Shown in pieces: positions 26,484-39,984 of a stretch of DNA of 64,000 nt (within the stretch, counting starts at the first letter, position 1; the number at the start of each line of letters is the position of its first letter). This DNA is from Eledone cirrhosa (taxonomy: Eukaryota): the NCBI GenBank assembly GCA_964016885.1, contig OZ024742.1, positions 307,396,001 to 307,460,000 of the forward strand, given 5' to 3'. Position numbers and translations under genes: made by a program. Below the pieces are notes generated by a model. That model did no database searches and was not told the origin of the DNA. It saw nothing but the letters and a program-made list of their open reading frames with translations.

Positions 26484-26673
26484 ATCGCTTCTCGGCCTTT
26501 TGGCTAAGATCAAAGTGTAGTATCTGTTCTTATCAGCTTAATATCTGATATGGTCCCTATATGGGACCATCGATATTAAACTGATTTTTAGAACTTGGCG
26601 AAGAGTTAGGGGCTTGCTCCGCCTTTGCCACGGGTTGGCCTGGTATTGCAGTATATCCAGGATTTGGCCCATC
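26484..26673 (+). ncRNA. RNU2: U2 snRNA copy 12 (consensus; variant promoter haplotype)
   Basis: Full U2 sequence matching the array consensus. Confidence 0.98.
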
Positions 26674-28702
26674 TCCTACTCGGGAGATATAACTAATCCA
26701 AAAACAGACTCAGTTTTTATCTATGTATGCTTCATATTGTCATGTTATGGTATTCTATGTTTCAATAACTGCCCAGGTTAATTTTTGACTTTCGGAGACG
26801 AGAAAGTAAAGTGCCAGTAACTCATTGAATCCATGTAACCTCATCCCTTTCAATACATCGCCTTCTCACGAAACTACAATTAATGAACTACAGAGAAAGC
26901 ATGCAAGTCGAGGTTCATGCTGAAATCGACGATGATTCAGAACTCTTACCTAATGTTCTAAAACCTATTCCTTACCGCCAAAATAGTGGATGATATATGC
27001 ACGAGAGTCCGCAATCACAATTCGCACCCGGGAGACGGGATAATACAGCCTTCCGAGCAGATTTACATTAGCCATTCGAAACTAAGTTCTACACATCTGC
27101 AGTAAAGATTTCATGTAGGAAAATCGTATGGTTTACCATTTCTTCTGAGAAAAATCCAGGCAAATTATTGAAAAATCCTGTCTTTAACTTCAGCGTTCAA
27201 GTGGGAATTCTAGAGTTTGGTCTAGGTTACTATGAAGAAAGATAAGTGCCGCCAAATTTTAATGAATTTTGTGTAAACCGGAAGGATGGAAATCATAATA
27301 GTTACGATTAAGATGAAATAATGTGTGAAGTTTGATCCTGTCAGTAGTCATAGCTTGAAAGAATGTTTGGAAATCGGAAGAATAAAAGTAGCAGACAACA
27401 TCAGTCGGCTTTTAACTGACATTGCAGAAGAGGCGTATATTCTGTCAAAGATATTTTTTCTAATTTTCTGCAGATTTTCATTATTCTTTAGTCTTCATGA
27501 CAATATATTAATTTCTTATGATGCACAAGGCCAGCAATTTAAAGGGAGGTAAAATTGGGCTAAGTTGACACCATATTGGATTTAAAATATATTCTATCGA
27601 ATCCGTAATGATGAAAAGCAAAGTTGTCATTGGCAGGTGTTGAAACCAGAACTTAGAGATCCATAACGAAATAATTGTTTCTACTATTGGCACAAGGACA
27701 GCAATTACGCAGTACATTACTGCTACATTATTTTATCCACCCCGTAGGGATGAAAGGCAAAGTTAACCTCGGCGGGATTTGAACTCAGAATGGCAAGAGC
27801 CGTAACTCTATGCGTCAAAGCATGGCGTCCGACCCTCTACCGATACAGCCAATTCACAACCCTTAATAACGAAATAATGCAATATATTACATCAGACGAC
27901 CTTACCGAATTAGCTAGCTTCAGCATTCAGTATTGAGAAGAAAGGAGGTAGGTGTATAAGAGAAACTTGCTATCTTCAATTCAGTATTCGTGCCAAGCGT
28001 TACTTATGGTCATGTATGCTGGGTAATGATCGAAAGTATATGATCAAGAATACAAGGGCTCGAAATGGGATTCCTCCGAAGGATCTTTGGAGTAACGTTA
28101 CTCGATAAAGTACGTAACTCGGAGATCAGAGTGTCACTCCAGATAGATCCTCTACATCTCATAACTGAGAGTACACAGTTCTGTTAATATTGGCATGTGA
28201 TTAGAACTTCTGAGGAAAGAATCGCAGTGCAGATTTTTACAAGCAAAACTAATCGGCAGGTGACTCTGAAGTAGAGCCCGAGCAAGATGTTTGGATAACA
28301 TAAATGAGCTTGGCTAGTCACGATTGGGGACCCTGCCGGCTCAGTAGGAATTGGTTGCTTGTAACAAGACACTCTGGAAGGTATGTTTGAATACTCTGCA
28401 CCCAAGACTCTGTGAGGAATAGGCGAGCGAAGAAGGGGATTTACCTCCCTTATATTCCCCTTAAGCTGACAGCATGTGGTGAGTCTTTTTACTGAGATAA
28501 TTTAATTAAAAGTAAAATATTTGTACAAACAAAACAATTTTGAACAGTACAAATTAAAATCAGAACAAAGTATATATTCTAATTGGTATATGTGTATAAA
28601 ATGTCGTGACTAATTAAATATGTGAACAATATACTATAGATAGATCAGTGGATGTAGAATAGTAAAATATATATAAAAGGTGCGAAGTAAAGCGTTTCAG
28701 TT

Positions 28703-28892
28703 ATCGCTTCTCGGCCTTTTGGCTAAGATCAAAGTGTAGTATCTGTTCTTATCAGCTTAATATCTGATATGGTCCCTATATGGGACCATCGATATTAAAC
28801 TGATTTTTAGAACTTGGCGAAGAGTTAGGGGCTTGCTCCGCCTTTGCCACGGGTTGGCCTGGTATTGCAGTATATCCAGGATTTGGCCCATC
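28703..28892 (+). ncRNA. RNU2: U2 snRNA copy 13 (consensus)
   Basis: Full U2 sequence matching the array consensus. Confidence 0.98.
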
Positions 28893-30920
28893 TCCTACTC
28901 GGGAGATATAACTAATCCAAAAACAGACTCAGTTTTTATCTATGTATGCTTCATATTGTCATGTTATGGTATTCTATGTTTCAATAACTGCCCAGGTTAA
29001 TTTTTGACTTTCGGAGACGAGAAAGTAAAGTGCCAGTAACTCATTGGATCCATGTAACCACATCCCTTTCAATACATCGCCTTCTCACGAAACTACAATT
29101 AATGAACTACAGAGAAAGCATGCAAGTCGAGGTTCATGCTGAAATCGACGATGATTCAGAACTCTTACCTAATGTTCTAAAACCTATTCCTTACCGCCAA
29201 AATAGTGGATGATACATGCACGAGAGTCCGCAATCACAATTCGCACCCGGGAGACGGGATAATACAGTCTTCCGAGCAGATTTACATTAGCCATTCGAAA
29301 CTAAGTTCTACACATCTGCAGTAAAGATTTCATGTAGGAAAATCGTATGGTTTACCATTTCTTCTGATAAAAATCCAGGCAAATTATTGAAAAATCCTGT
29401 CTTTAACTTCAGCGTTCAAGTGGGAATTCTAGAGTTTGGTCTAGGTTACGATGAAGAAAGATAAGTGCCGCCAAATTTTAATGAATTTTGTGTAAACCGG
29501 AAGGATGGAAATCATAATAGTTACGATTAAGATGAAATAATGTGTGAAGTTTGATCCTGTCAGTAGTCATAGCTTGAAAGAATGTTTGGAAATCGGAAGA
29601 ATAAAAGTAGCAGACAACATCAGTCGGCTTTTAACTGACATTGCAGAAGAGGCGTATATTATGTCAAAGATATTTTTCTAATTTTCTGCAGATTTTCATT
29701 ATTCTTTAGTCTTTATGACAATATATCAATCTCTTATGAGGTACAAGGCCAGCAATTTAAAGGGATGTAAAATTTGGGCTAAATTGACACCATATTAGAT
29801 TTAAAATATATTCTATCGAATCCGTAATGATGAAAAGCAAAGTTGTCATTGGCAGGTGTTGAAACCAGAACGTAGAGATCCATAACGAAATAATTGTTTC
29901 TACTATTGGCACAAGGCCAGCAATTACGCAGTACATTACTGCTACTTTATTTTATCCAACCCGTAGGGATGAAAGGCAAAGTTAACCTCGGCGGGATTTG
30001 AACTCAGAATGGCAAGAGTCGTAACTCTATGCGTCAAAGCATGGCGTCCGACCCTCTACCGATACAGCCAATTCACCACCCTTAATAACGAAATAATGCA
30101 ATATATTACATCAGACGACCTTACTGAATTAGCTAGCTTCAGCATTCAGTATTGAGAAGAAAGGAGGTAGGTGTATAAGAGAAACTTGCTATCTTCAATT
30201 CAGTATTCGTTCCAAGCGTTACTTATGGTCATGTATGCTGGGTAATGATCGAAAGTATATGATCAAGAATACAAGGGCTCGAAATGGGATTCCTCCGAAG
30301 GACCTTTGGAGTAACGTTACTCGATAAAGTACGTAACTCGGAGATCAGAGTGTCACACCAGATAGATCCTCTACATCTCATAACTGAGAGTACACAGTTC
30401 TGTTAATATTGGCATGTGGTTAGAACTTCTGAGGAAAGAATCGCAGTGCAGATTTTTACAAGCAAAACTAATCGGCAGGTGACTCTGAAGTAGAGCCCGA
30501 GCAAGATGTTTGGATAACATAAATGAGCTTGGCTAGTCACGATTGGGGATCCTGCCGGCTCAGTAGGAATTGGTTGCTTGTAACAAGACACTCTGGAAGG
30601 TATGTTTGAATACTCTGCACCCAAGACTCTGTGAGGAATAGGCGAGCGAAGAAAAGGATTTACCTCCCTTATATTCCCCTTAAGCTGACAGCATGTGGTG
30701 AGTCTTTTTACTGAGATAATTTAATTAAAAGTAAAATATTTGTACAAACAAAACAATTTTGAACAGTACAAATTAAAATCAGAACAAAGTATATATTCTA
30801 ATTGGTATATGTGTATAAAATGTCGTGACTAATTAAATATGTGAACAATATACTATAGATAGATCAGTGGATGTAGAATAGAAAATATATATAAAAGGTG
30901 CGATGTAAAGCCTTTCAGTT

Positions 30921-31110
30921 ATCGCTTCTCGGCCTTTTGGCTAAGATCAAAGTGTAGTATCTGTTCTTATCAGCTTAATATCTGATATGGTCCCTATATG
31001 GGACCATCGATATTAAACTGATTTTTAGAACTTGGCGAAGAGTTAGGGGCTTGCTCCGCCTTTGCCACGGGTTGGCCTGGTATTGCAGTATATCCAGGAT
31101 TTGGCCCATC
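30921..31110 (+). ncRNA. RNU2: U2 snRNA copy 14 (consensus; variant promoter haplotype)
   Basis: Full U2 sequence matching the array consensus. Confidence 0.98.
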
Positions 31111-33137
31111 TCCTACTCGGGAGATATAACTAATCCCAAAACAGACTCAGTTTTTATCTATGTATGCTTCATATTGTCATGTTATGGTATTCTATGTTTC
31201 AATAACTGCCCAGGTTAATTTTTGACTTTCGGAGACGAGAAAGTAAAGTGCCAGTAACTCATTGGATCCATGTAACCACATCCCTTTCAATACATCGCCT
31301 TCTCACGAAACTACAATTAATGAACTACAGAGAAAGCATGCAAGTCGAGGTTCATGCTGAAATCGACGATGATTCAGAACTCTTACCTAATGTTCTAAAA
31401 CCTATTCCTTACCGCCAAAATAGTGGATGATACATGCACGAGAGTCCGCAATCACAATTCGCACCCGGGAGACGGGATAATACAGCCTTCCGAGCAGATT
31501 TACATTAGCCATTCGAAACTAAGTTCTACACATCTGCAGTAAAGATTTCATGTAGGAAAATCGTATGGTTTACCATTTCTTCTGAGAAAAATCCAGGCAA
31601 ATTATTGAAAAATCCTGTCTTTAACTTCAGCGTTCAAGTGGGAATTCTAGAGTTTGGTCTAGGTTACGATTAGGAAAGATAAGTGCCGCAAAATTTCAAT
31701 GAATTTTGTGTAAACCGGAAGGATGGAAATCATAATAGTTTCGATTAGGATGAAATAATGTGTGAAGTTTGATCCTGTCAGTAGTCATAGCTTGAAAGAA
31801 TGTTTGGAAATCGGAATAATAAAAGTAGCAGACAACATCAGTGGGCTTTTAACTGACATTGCAGAAGAGGCGTATATTCTGTCAAAGATATTTTTTCTGA
31901 TTTTCTGCAGATTTTCATTATTCTTTAGTCTTTATGACAATATATTAATTTCTTATGATGCACAAGGCCAGCAATTTAAAGGGATGTAAAATTGGGCTAA
32001 GTTGACACCATATTAGATTTAAAATATATTCTATCGAATCCGTAATGATGAAAAGCAAAGTTGTCATTGGCAGGTGTTGAAACCAGAACGTAGAGATCCA
32101 TAACGAAATAATTGTTTCTACTATTGGCACAAGGCCAGCAATTACGCAGTACATTACTGCTACTTTATTTTATCCAACCCGTAGGGATGAAAGCAAAGTT
32201 AACCTCGGCGGGATTTGAACTCAGAATGGCAAGAGTCGTAACTCTATGCGTCAAAGCATGGCGTCCGACCCTCTACCGATACAGCCAATTCACCACCCTT
32301 AATAACGAAATAATGCAATATATTACATCAGACGACCTTACCGAATTAGCTAGCTTCAGCATTCAGTATTGAGAAGAAAGGAGGTAGGTGTAAAAGAGAA
32401 ACTTGCTATCTTCAATTCAGTATTCGTGCCAAGCGTTACTTATGGTCATGTATGCTGGGTAATGATCGAAAGTATATGATCAAGAATACAAGGGCTCGAA
32501 ATGGGATTTCTCCGAAGGATCTTTGGAGTAACGTTACTCGATAAAGTACGTAACTCGGAGATCAGAGTGTCACTCCAGATAGATCCTCTACATCTCATAA
32601 CTGAGAGTACACAGTTCTGTTAATATTGGCATGTGGTTAGAACTTCTGAGGAAAGAACCGCAGTGCAGATTTTTACAAGCAAAACTAATCGGCAGGTGAC
32701 TCTGAAGTAGAGCCCGAGCAAGATGTTTGGATAACATAAATGAGCTTGGCTAGTCACGATTGGGGATCCTGCCGGCTCAGTAGGAATTGGTTGCTTGTAA
32801 CAAGACACTCTGGAAGGTATGTTTGAATACTCTGCACCCAAGACTCTGTGAGGAATAGGCGAGCGAAGAAAAGGATTTACCTCCCTTATATTCCCCTTAA
32901 GCTGACAGCATGTGGTGAGTCTTTTTACTGAGATAATTTAATTAAAAGTAAAATATTTGTACAAACAAAACAATTTTGAACAGTACAAATTAAAATCAGA
33001 ACAAAGTATATATTCTAATTGGTATATGTGTATAAAATGTCGTGACTAATTAAATATGTGAACAATATACTATAGATAGATCAGTGGATGTAGAATAGAA
33101 AATATATATAAAAGGTGCGATGTAAAGCCTTTCAGTT

Positions 33138-33327
33138 ATCGCTTCTCGGCCTTTTGGCTAAGATCAAAGTGTAGTATCTGTTCTTATCAGCTTAATATCT
33201 GATATGGTCCCTATATGGGACCATCGATATTAAACTGATTTTTAGAACTTGGCGAAGAGTTAGGGGCTTGCTCCGCCTTTGCCACGGGTTGGCCTGGTAT
33301 TGCAGTATATCCAGGATTTGGCCCATC
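33138..33327 (+). ncRNA. RNU2: U2 snRNA copy 15 (consensus; variant promoter haplotype)
   Basis: Full U2 sequence matching the array consensus. Confidence 0.98.
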
Positions 33328-35356
33328 TCCTACTCGGGAGATATAACTAATCCCAAAACAGACTCAGTTTTTATCTATGTATGCTTCATATTGTCATGTT
33401 ATGGTATTCTATGTTTCAATAACTGCCCAGGTTAATTTTTGACTTTCGGAGACGAGAAAGTAAAGTGCCAGTAACTCATTGAATCCATGTAACCTCATCC
33501 CTTTCAATACATCGCCTTCTCACGAAACTACAATTAATGAACTACAGAGAAAGCATGCAAGTCGAGGTTCATGCTGAAATCGACGATGATTCAGAACTCT
33601 TACCTAATGTTCTAAAACCTATTCCTTACCGCCAAAATAGTGGATGATACATGCACTAGAGTCCGCAATCACGATTCGCACCCGGGAGACGGGATAATAC
33701 AGCCTTCCGAGCAGATTTACATTAGCCATTCGAAACTAAGTTCTACACATCTGCAGTAAAGATTTCATGTAGGAAAATCGTATGGTTTACCATTTCTTCT
33801 GATAAAAATCCAGGCAAATTATTGAAAAATCCTGTCTTTAACTTCAGCGTTCAAGTGGGAATTCTAGAGTTTGGTCTAGGTTACGATGAAGAAAGATAAG
33901 TGCCGCCAAATTTTAATGAATTTTGTGTAAACCGGAAGGATGGAAATCATAATAGTTACGATTAAGATGAAATAATGTGTGAAGTTTGATCCTGTCAGTA
34001 GTCATAGCTTGAAAGAATGTTTGGAAATCGGAAGAATAAAAGTAGCAGACAACATCAGTCGGCTTTTAACTGACATTGCAGAAGAGGCGTATATTATGTC
34101 AAAGATATTTTTTCTAATTTTCTGCAGATTTTCATTATTCTTTAGTCTTTATGACAATATATCAATTTCTTATGAGGTACAAGGCCAGCAATTTAAAGGG
34201 ATGTAAAATTTGGGCTAAGTTGACACCATATTAGATTTAAAATATATTCTATCGAATCCGTAATGATGAAAAGCAAAGTTGTCATTGGCAGGTGTTGAAA
34301 CCAGAACTTAGAGATCCATAACGAAATAATTGTTTCTACTATTGGCACAAGGCCAGCAATTACGCAGTACATTACTGCTACTTTATTTTATCCAACCCGT
34401 AGGGATGAAAGGCAAAGTTAACCTCGGCGGGATTTGAACTCAGAATGGCAAGAGTCGTAACTCTATGCGTCAAAGCATGGCGTCCGACCCTCTACCGATA
34501 CAGCCAATTCACCACCCTTAATAACGAAATAATGCAATATATTACATCAGACGACCTTACCGAATTAGCTAGCTTCAGCATTCAGTATTGAGAAGAAAGG
34601 AGGTAGGTGTATAAGAGAAACTTGCTATCTTCAATTCAGTATTCGTGCCAAGCGTTACTTATGGTCATGTATGCTGGGTAATGATCGAAAGTATATGATC
34701 AAGAATACAAGGGCTCGAAATGGGATTTCTCCGAAGGATCTTTGGAGTAACGTTACTCGATAAAGTACGTAACTCGGAGATCAGAGTGTCACTCCAGATA
34801 GATCCTCTACATCTCATAACTGAGAGTACACAGTTCTGTTAATATTGGCATGTGGTTAGAACTTCTGAGGAAAGAATCGCAGTGCAGATTTTTACAAGCA
34901 AAACTAATCGGCAGGTGACTCTGAAGTAGAGCCCGAGCAAGATGTTTGGATAACATAAATGAGCTTGGCTAGTCACGATTGGGGATCCTGCCGGCTCAGT
35001 AGGAATTGGTTGCTTGTAACAAGACACTCTGGAAGGTATGTTTGAATACTCTGCACCCAAGACTCTGTGAGGAATAGGCGAGCGAAGAAAAGGATTTACC
35101 TCCCTTATATTCCCCTTAAGCTGACAGCATGTGGTGAGTCTTTTTACTGAGATAATGTAATTAAAAGTAAAATATTTGTACAAACAAAACAATTTTGAAC
35201 AGTACAAATTAAAATCAGAACAAAGTATATATTCTAATTGGTATATGTGTATAAAATGTCGTGACTAATTAAATATGTGAACAATATACTATAGATAGAT
35301 CAGTGGATGTAGAATAGAAAATATATATAAAAGGTGCGATGTAAAGCCTTTCAGTT

Positions 35357-35546
35357 ATCGCTTCTCGGCCTTTTGGCTAAGATCAAAGTGTAGTATCTGT
35401 TCTTATCAGCTTAATATCTGATATGGTCCCTATATGGGACCATCGATATTAAACTGATTTTTAGAACTTGGCGAAGAGTTAGGGGCTTGCTCCGCCTTTG
35501 CCACGGGTTGGCCTGGTATTGCAGTATATCCAGGATTTGGCCCATC
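35357..35546 (+). ncRNA. RNU2: U2 snRNA copy 16 (consensus; variant promoter haplotype)
   Basis: Full U2 sequence matching the array consensus. Confidence 0.98.
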
Positions 35547-37575
35547 TCCTACTCGGGAGATATAACTAATCCAAAAACAGACTCAGTTTTTATCTATGTA
35601 TGCTTCATATTGTCATGTTATGGTATTCTATGTTTCAATAACTGCCCAGGTTAATTTTTGACTTTCGGAGACGAGAAAGTAAAGTGCCAGTAACTCATTG
35701 AATCCATGTAACCTCATCCCTTTCAATACATCGCCTTCTCACGAAACTACAATTAATGAACTACAGAGAAAGCATGCAAGTCGAGGTTCATGCTGAAATC
35801 GACGATGATTCAGAACTCTTACCTAATGTTCTAAAACCTATTCCTTACCGCCAAAATAGTGGATGATATATGCACGAGAGTCCGCAATCACAATTCGCAC
35901 CCGGGAGACGGGATAATACAGCCTTCCGAGCAGATTTACATTAGCCATTCGAAACTAAGTTCTACACATCTGCAGTAAAGATTTTATGTAGGAAAATCGT
36001 ATGGTTTACCATTTCTTCTGAGAAAAATCCAGGCAAATTATTGAAAAATCCTGTCTTTAACTTCAGCGTTCAAGTGGGAATTCTAGAGTTTGGTCTAGGT
36101 TACGATTAGGAAAGATAAGTGCCGCAAAATTTCAATGAATTTTGTGTAAACCGGAAGGATGGAAATCATAATAGTTTCGATTAGGATGAAATAATGTGTG
36201 AAGTTTGATCCTGTCAGTAGTCATAGCTTGAAAGAATGTTTGGAAATCGGAAGAATAAAAGTAGCAGACAACACCAGTCGGCTTTTAACTGACATTGCAG
36301 AAGAGGCGTATATTCTGTCAAAGATATTTTTTCTGATTTTCTGCAGATTTTCATTATTCTTTAGTCGTCATGACAATATATTAATTTCTTATGATGCACA
36401 AGGCCAGCAATTTAAAGGGAGGTAAAATTGGGCTAAGTTGACACCATATTGGATTTAAAATATATTCTATCGAATCCGTAATGATGAAAAGCAAAGTTGT
36501 CATTGGCAGGTGTTGAAACCAGAACGTAGAGATCCATAACGAAATAATTGTTTCTACTATTGGCACAAGGCCAGCAATTACGCAGTACATTACTGCTACA
36601 TTATTTTATCCACCCCGTAGGGATGAAAGGCAAAGTTAACCTCGGCGGTATTTGAACTCAGAATGGCAAGAGTTGTAACTCTATGCGTCAAAGCATGGCG
36701 TCCGACCCTCTACCGATACAGCCAATTCACCACCCTTAATAACGAAATAATGCAATATATTACATCAGACGACCTTACCGAATTAGCTAGCTTCAGCATT
36801 CAGTATTGAGAAGAAAGGAGGTAGGTGTATAAGAGAAACTTGCTATCTTCAATTCAGTATTCGTGCCAAGCGTTACTTATGGTCATGTATGCTGGGTAAT
36901 GATCGAAAGTATATGATCAAGAATACAAGGGCTCGAAATGGGATTCCTCCGAAGGATCTTTGGAGTAACGTTACTCGATAAAGTACGTAACTCGGAGATC
37001 AGAGTGTCACTCCAGATAGATCCTCTACATCTCATAACTGAGAGTACACAGTTCTGTTAATATTGGCATGTGATTAGAACTTCTGAGGAAAGAATCGCAG
37101 TGCAGATTTTTACAAGCAAAACTAATCGGCAGGTGACTCTGAAGTAGAGCCCGAGCAAGATGTTTGGATAACATAAATGAGCTTGGCTAGTCACGATTGG
37201 GGATCCTGCCGGCTCAGTAGGAATTGGTTGCTTGTAACAAGACACTCTGGAAGGTATGTTTGAATACTCTGCACCCAAGACTCTGTGAGGAATAGGCGAG
37301 CGAAGAAGGGGATTTACCTCCCTTATATTCCCCTTAAGCTGACAGCATGTGGTGAGTCTTTTTACTGAGATAATTTAATTAAAAGTAAAATATTTGTACA
37401 AACAAAACAATTTTGAACAGTACAAATTAAAATCAGAACAAAGTATATATTCTAATTGGTATATGTGTATAAAATGTCGTGACTAATTAAATATGTGAAC
37501 AATATACTATAGATAGATCAGTGGATGTAGAATAGTAAAATATATATAAAAGGTGCGAAGTAAAGCGTTTCAGTT

Positions 37576-37765
37576 ATCGCTTCTCGGCCTTTTGGCTAAG
37601 ATCAAAGTGTAGTATCTGTTCTTATCAGCTTAATATCTGATATGGTCCCTATATGGGACCATCGATATTAAACTGATTTTTAGAACTTGGCGAAGAGTTA
37701 GGGGCTTGCTCCGCCTTTCCCACGGGTTGGCCTGGTATTGCAGTATATCCAGGATTTGGCCCATT
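37576..37765 (+). ncRNA. RNU2: U2 snRNA copy 17 (variant G144C, C190T)
   Basis: Full U2 sequence with CTTTCCCACGGG and GGCCCATTT. Confidence 0.96.
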
Positions 37766-39794
37766 TCCTACTCGGGATATAAAACTAATCCAAAAACAGA
37801 CTCAGTTTTTATCTATGTATGCTTCATATTGTCATGTTATGGTATTCTATGTTTCAATAACTGCCCAGGTTAATTTTTGACTTTTGGAGTCGAGAAAGTA
37901 AAGTGCCAGTAACTCATTGGATCCATGTAACCACATCCCTTTCAATACATCGCCTTCTCACGAAACTACAATTAATGAACTACAGAGAAAGCATGCAAGT
38001 CGAGGTTCATGCTGAAATCGACGATGATTCAGAACTCTTACCTAATGTTCTAAAACCTATTCCTTACCGCCAAAATAGTGGATGATACATGCACTAGAGT
38101 CCGCAATCACAATTCGCACCCGGGAGACGGGATAATACAGCCTTCCGAGCAGATTTACATTAGCCATTCGAAACTAAGTTCTACACATCTGCAGTAAAGA
38201 TTTCATGTAGGAAAATCGTATGGTTTACCATTTCTTCTGATAACAATCCAGGCAAATTATTGAAAACTCCTGTCTTTAACTTCAGCGTTCAAGTGGGAAT
38301 TCTAGAGTTTGGTCTAGGTTACGATTAAGAAAGATAAGTGCCGCAAAATTTCAATGAATTTTGTGTAAACCGGAAGGATGGAAATCATAATAGTTTCGAT
38401 TAGGATGAAATAATGTGTGAAGTTTGATCCTGTCAGTAGTCATAGCTTGAAAGAATGTTTGGAAATCGGAAGAATAAAAGTAGCAGACAACATCAGGCGG
38501 CTTTTAACTGACATTGCAGAAGAGGCGTATATTATGTCAAAGATATTTTTTCTAATTTTCTGCAGATTTTCATTATTCTTTAGTCTTTATGACAATATAT
38601 TAATTTCTTATGAGGCACAAGGCCAGCAATTTAAAGGGAGGTAAAATTGGGCTAAGTTGACACCATATTGGATTTAAAATATATTCTATCGAATCCGTAA
38701 TGATGAAAAGCAAAGTTGTCATTGGCAGGTGTTGAAACCAGAACTTAGAGATCCATAACGAAATAATTGTTTCTACTATTGGCACAAGGACAGTAATTAC
38801 GCAGTACATTACTGCTACATTATTTTATCCACCCCGTAGGGATGAAAGGCAAAGTTAACCTCGGCGGGATTTGAACTCAGAATGGCAAGAGCCGTAACTC
38901 TATGCGTCAAAGCATGGCGTCCGACCCTCTACCGATACAGCCAATTCACAACCCTTAATAACGAAATAATGCAATATATCACATCAGACGACCTTACCGA
39001 ATTAGCTAGCTTCAGCATTCAGTATTGAGAAGAAAGGAGGTAGGTGTATAAGAGAAACTTGCTATCTTCAATTCAGTATTCGTGCCAAGCGTTACTTATG
39101 GTCATGTATGCTGGGTAATGATCGAAAGTATACGATCAAGAATACAATGGCTCGAAATGGGATTTCTCCGAAGGATCTTTGGAGTAACGTTACTCGATAA
39201 AGTACGTAACTCGGAGATCAGAGTGTCACTCCAGATAGATCCTCTACATCTCATAACTGAGAGTACACAGTTCTGTTAATATTGGCATGTGGTTAGAACT
39301 TCTGAGGAAAGAATCGCAGTGCAGATTTTTACAAGCAAAACTAATCGGCAGGTGACTCTGAAGTAGAGCCCGAGCAAGATGTTTGGATAACATAAATGAG
39401 CTTGGCTAGTCACGATTGGGGACCCTGCCGGCTCGGTAGGAATTGGTTGCTTGTAACAAGACACTCTGGAAGGTATGTTTGAATACTCTGCACCCAAGAC
39501 TCTGTGAGGAATAGGCGAGCGAAGAAGGGGATTTACCTCCCTTATATTCCCCTTAAGCTGACAGCATGTGGTGAGTCTTTTTACTGAGATAATTTAATTA
39601 AAAGTAAAATATTTGTACAAACAAAACAATTTTGAACAGTACAAATTAAAATCAGAACAAAGTATATATTCTAATTGGTATATGTGTATAAAATGTTGTG
39701 ACTAATTAAATATGTGAACAATATACTATAGATAGATCAGTGGATGTAGAATAGTAAAATATATATAAAAGGTGCGAAGTAAAGCGTTTCAGTT

Positions 39795-39984
39795 ATCGCT
39801 TCTCGGCCTTTTGGCTAAGATCAAAGTGTAGTATCTGTTCTTATCAGCTTAATATCTGATATGGTCCCTATATGGGACCATCGATATTAAACTGATTTTT
39901 AGAACTTGGCGAAGAGTTAGGGGCTTGCTCCGCCTTTGCCACGGGTTGGCCTGGTATTGCAGTATATCCAGGATTTGGCCCATC
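39795..39984 (+). ncRNA. RNU2: U2 snRNA copy 18 (consensus)
   Basis: Full U2 sequence matching the array consensus. Confidence 0.98.

Larger units (their letters stand above)
19829..37575 (+). repeat. Higher-order repeat: 4-unit block (~8,873-8,874 bp) present twice
   Basis: Private indels and ORF patterns recur at +8,873/4: 23239 and 32112 (frameshift-created ORF), 25106 and 33979, 27325 and 36198. The MKFD ORF is lost in the units at 20156 and 29030. Confidence 0.88.
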
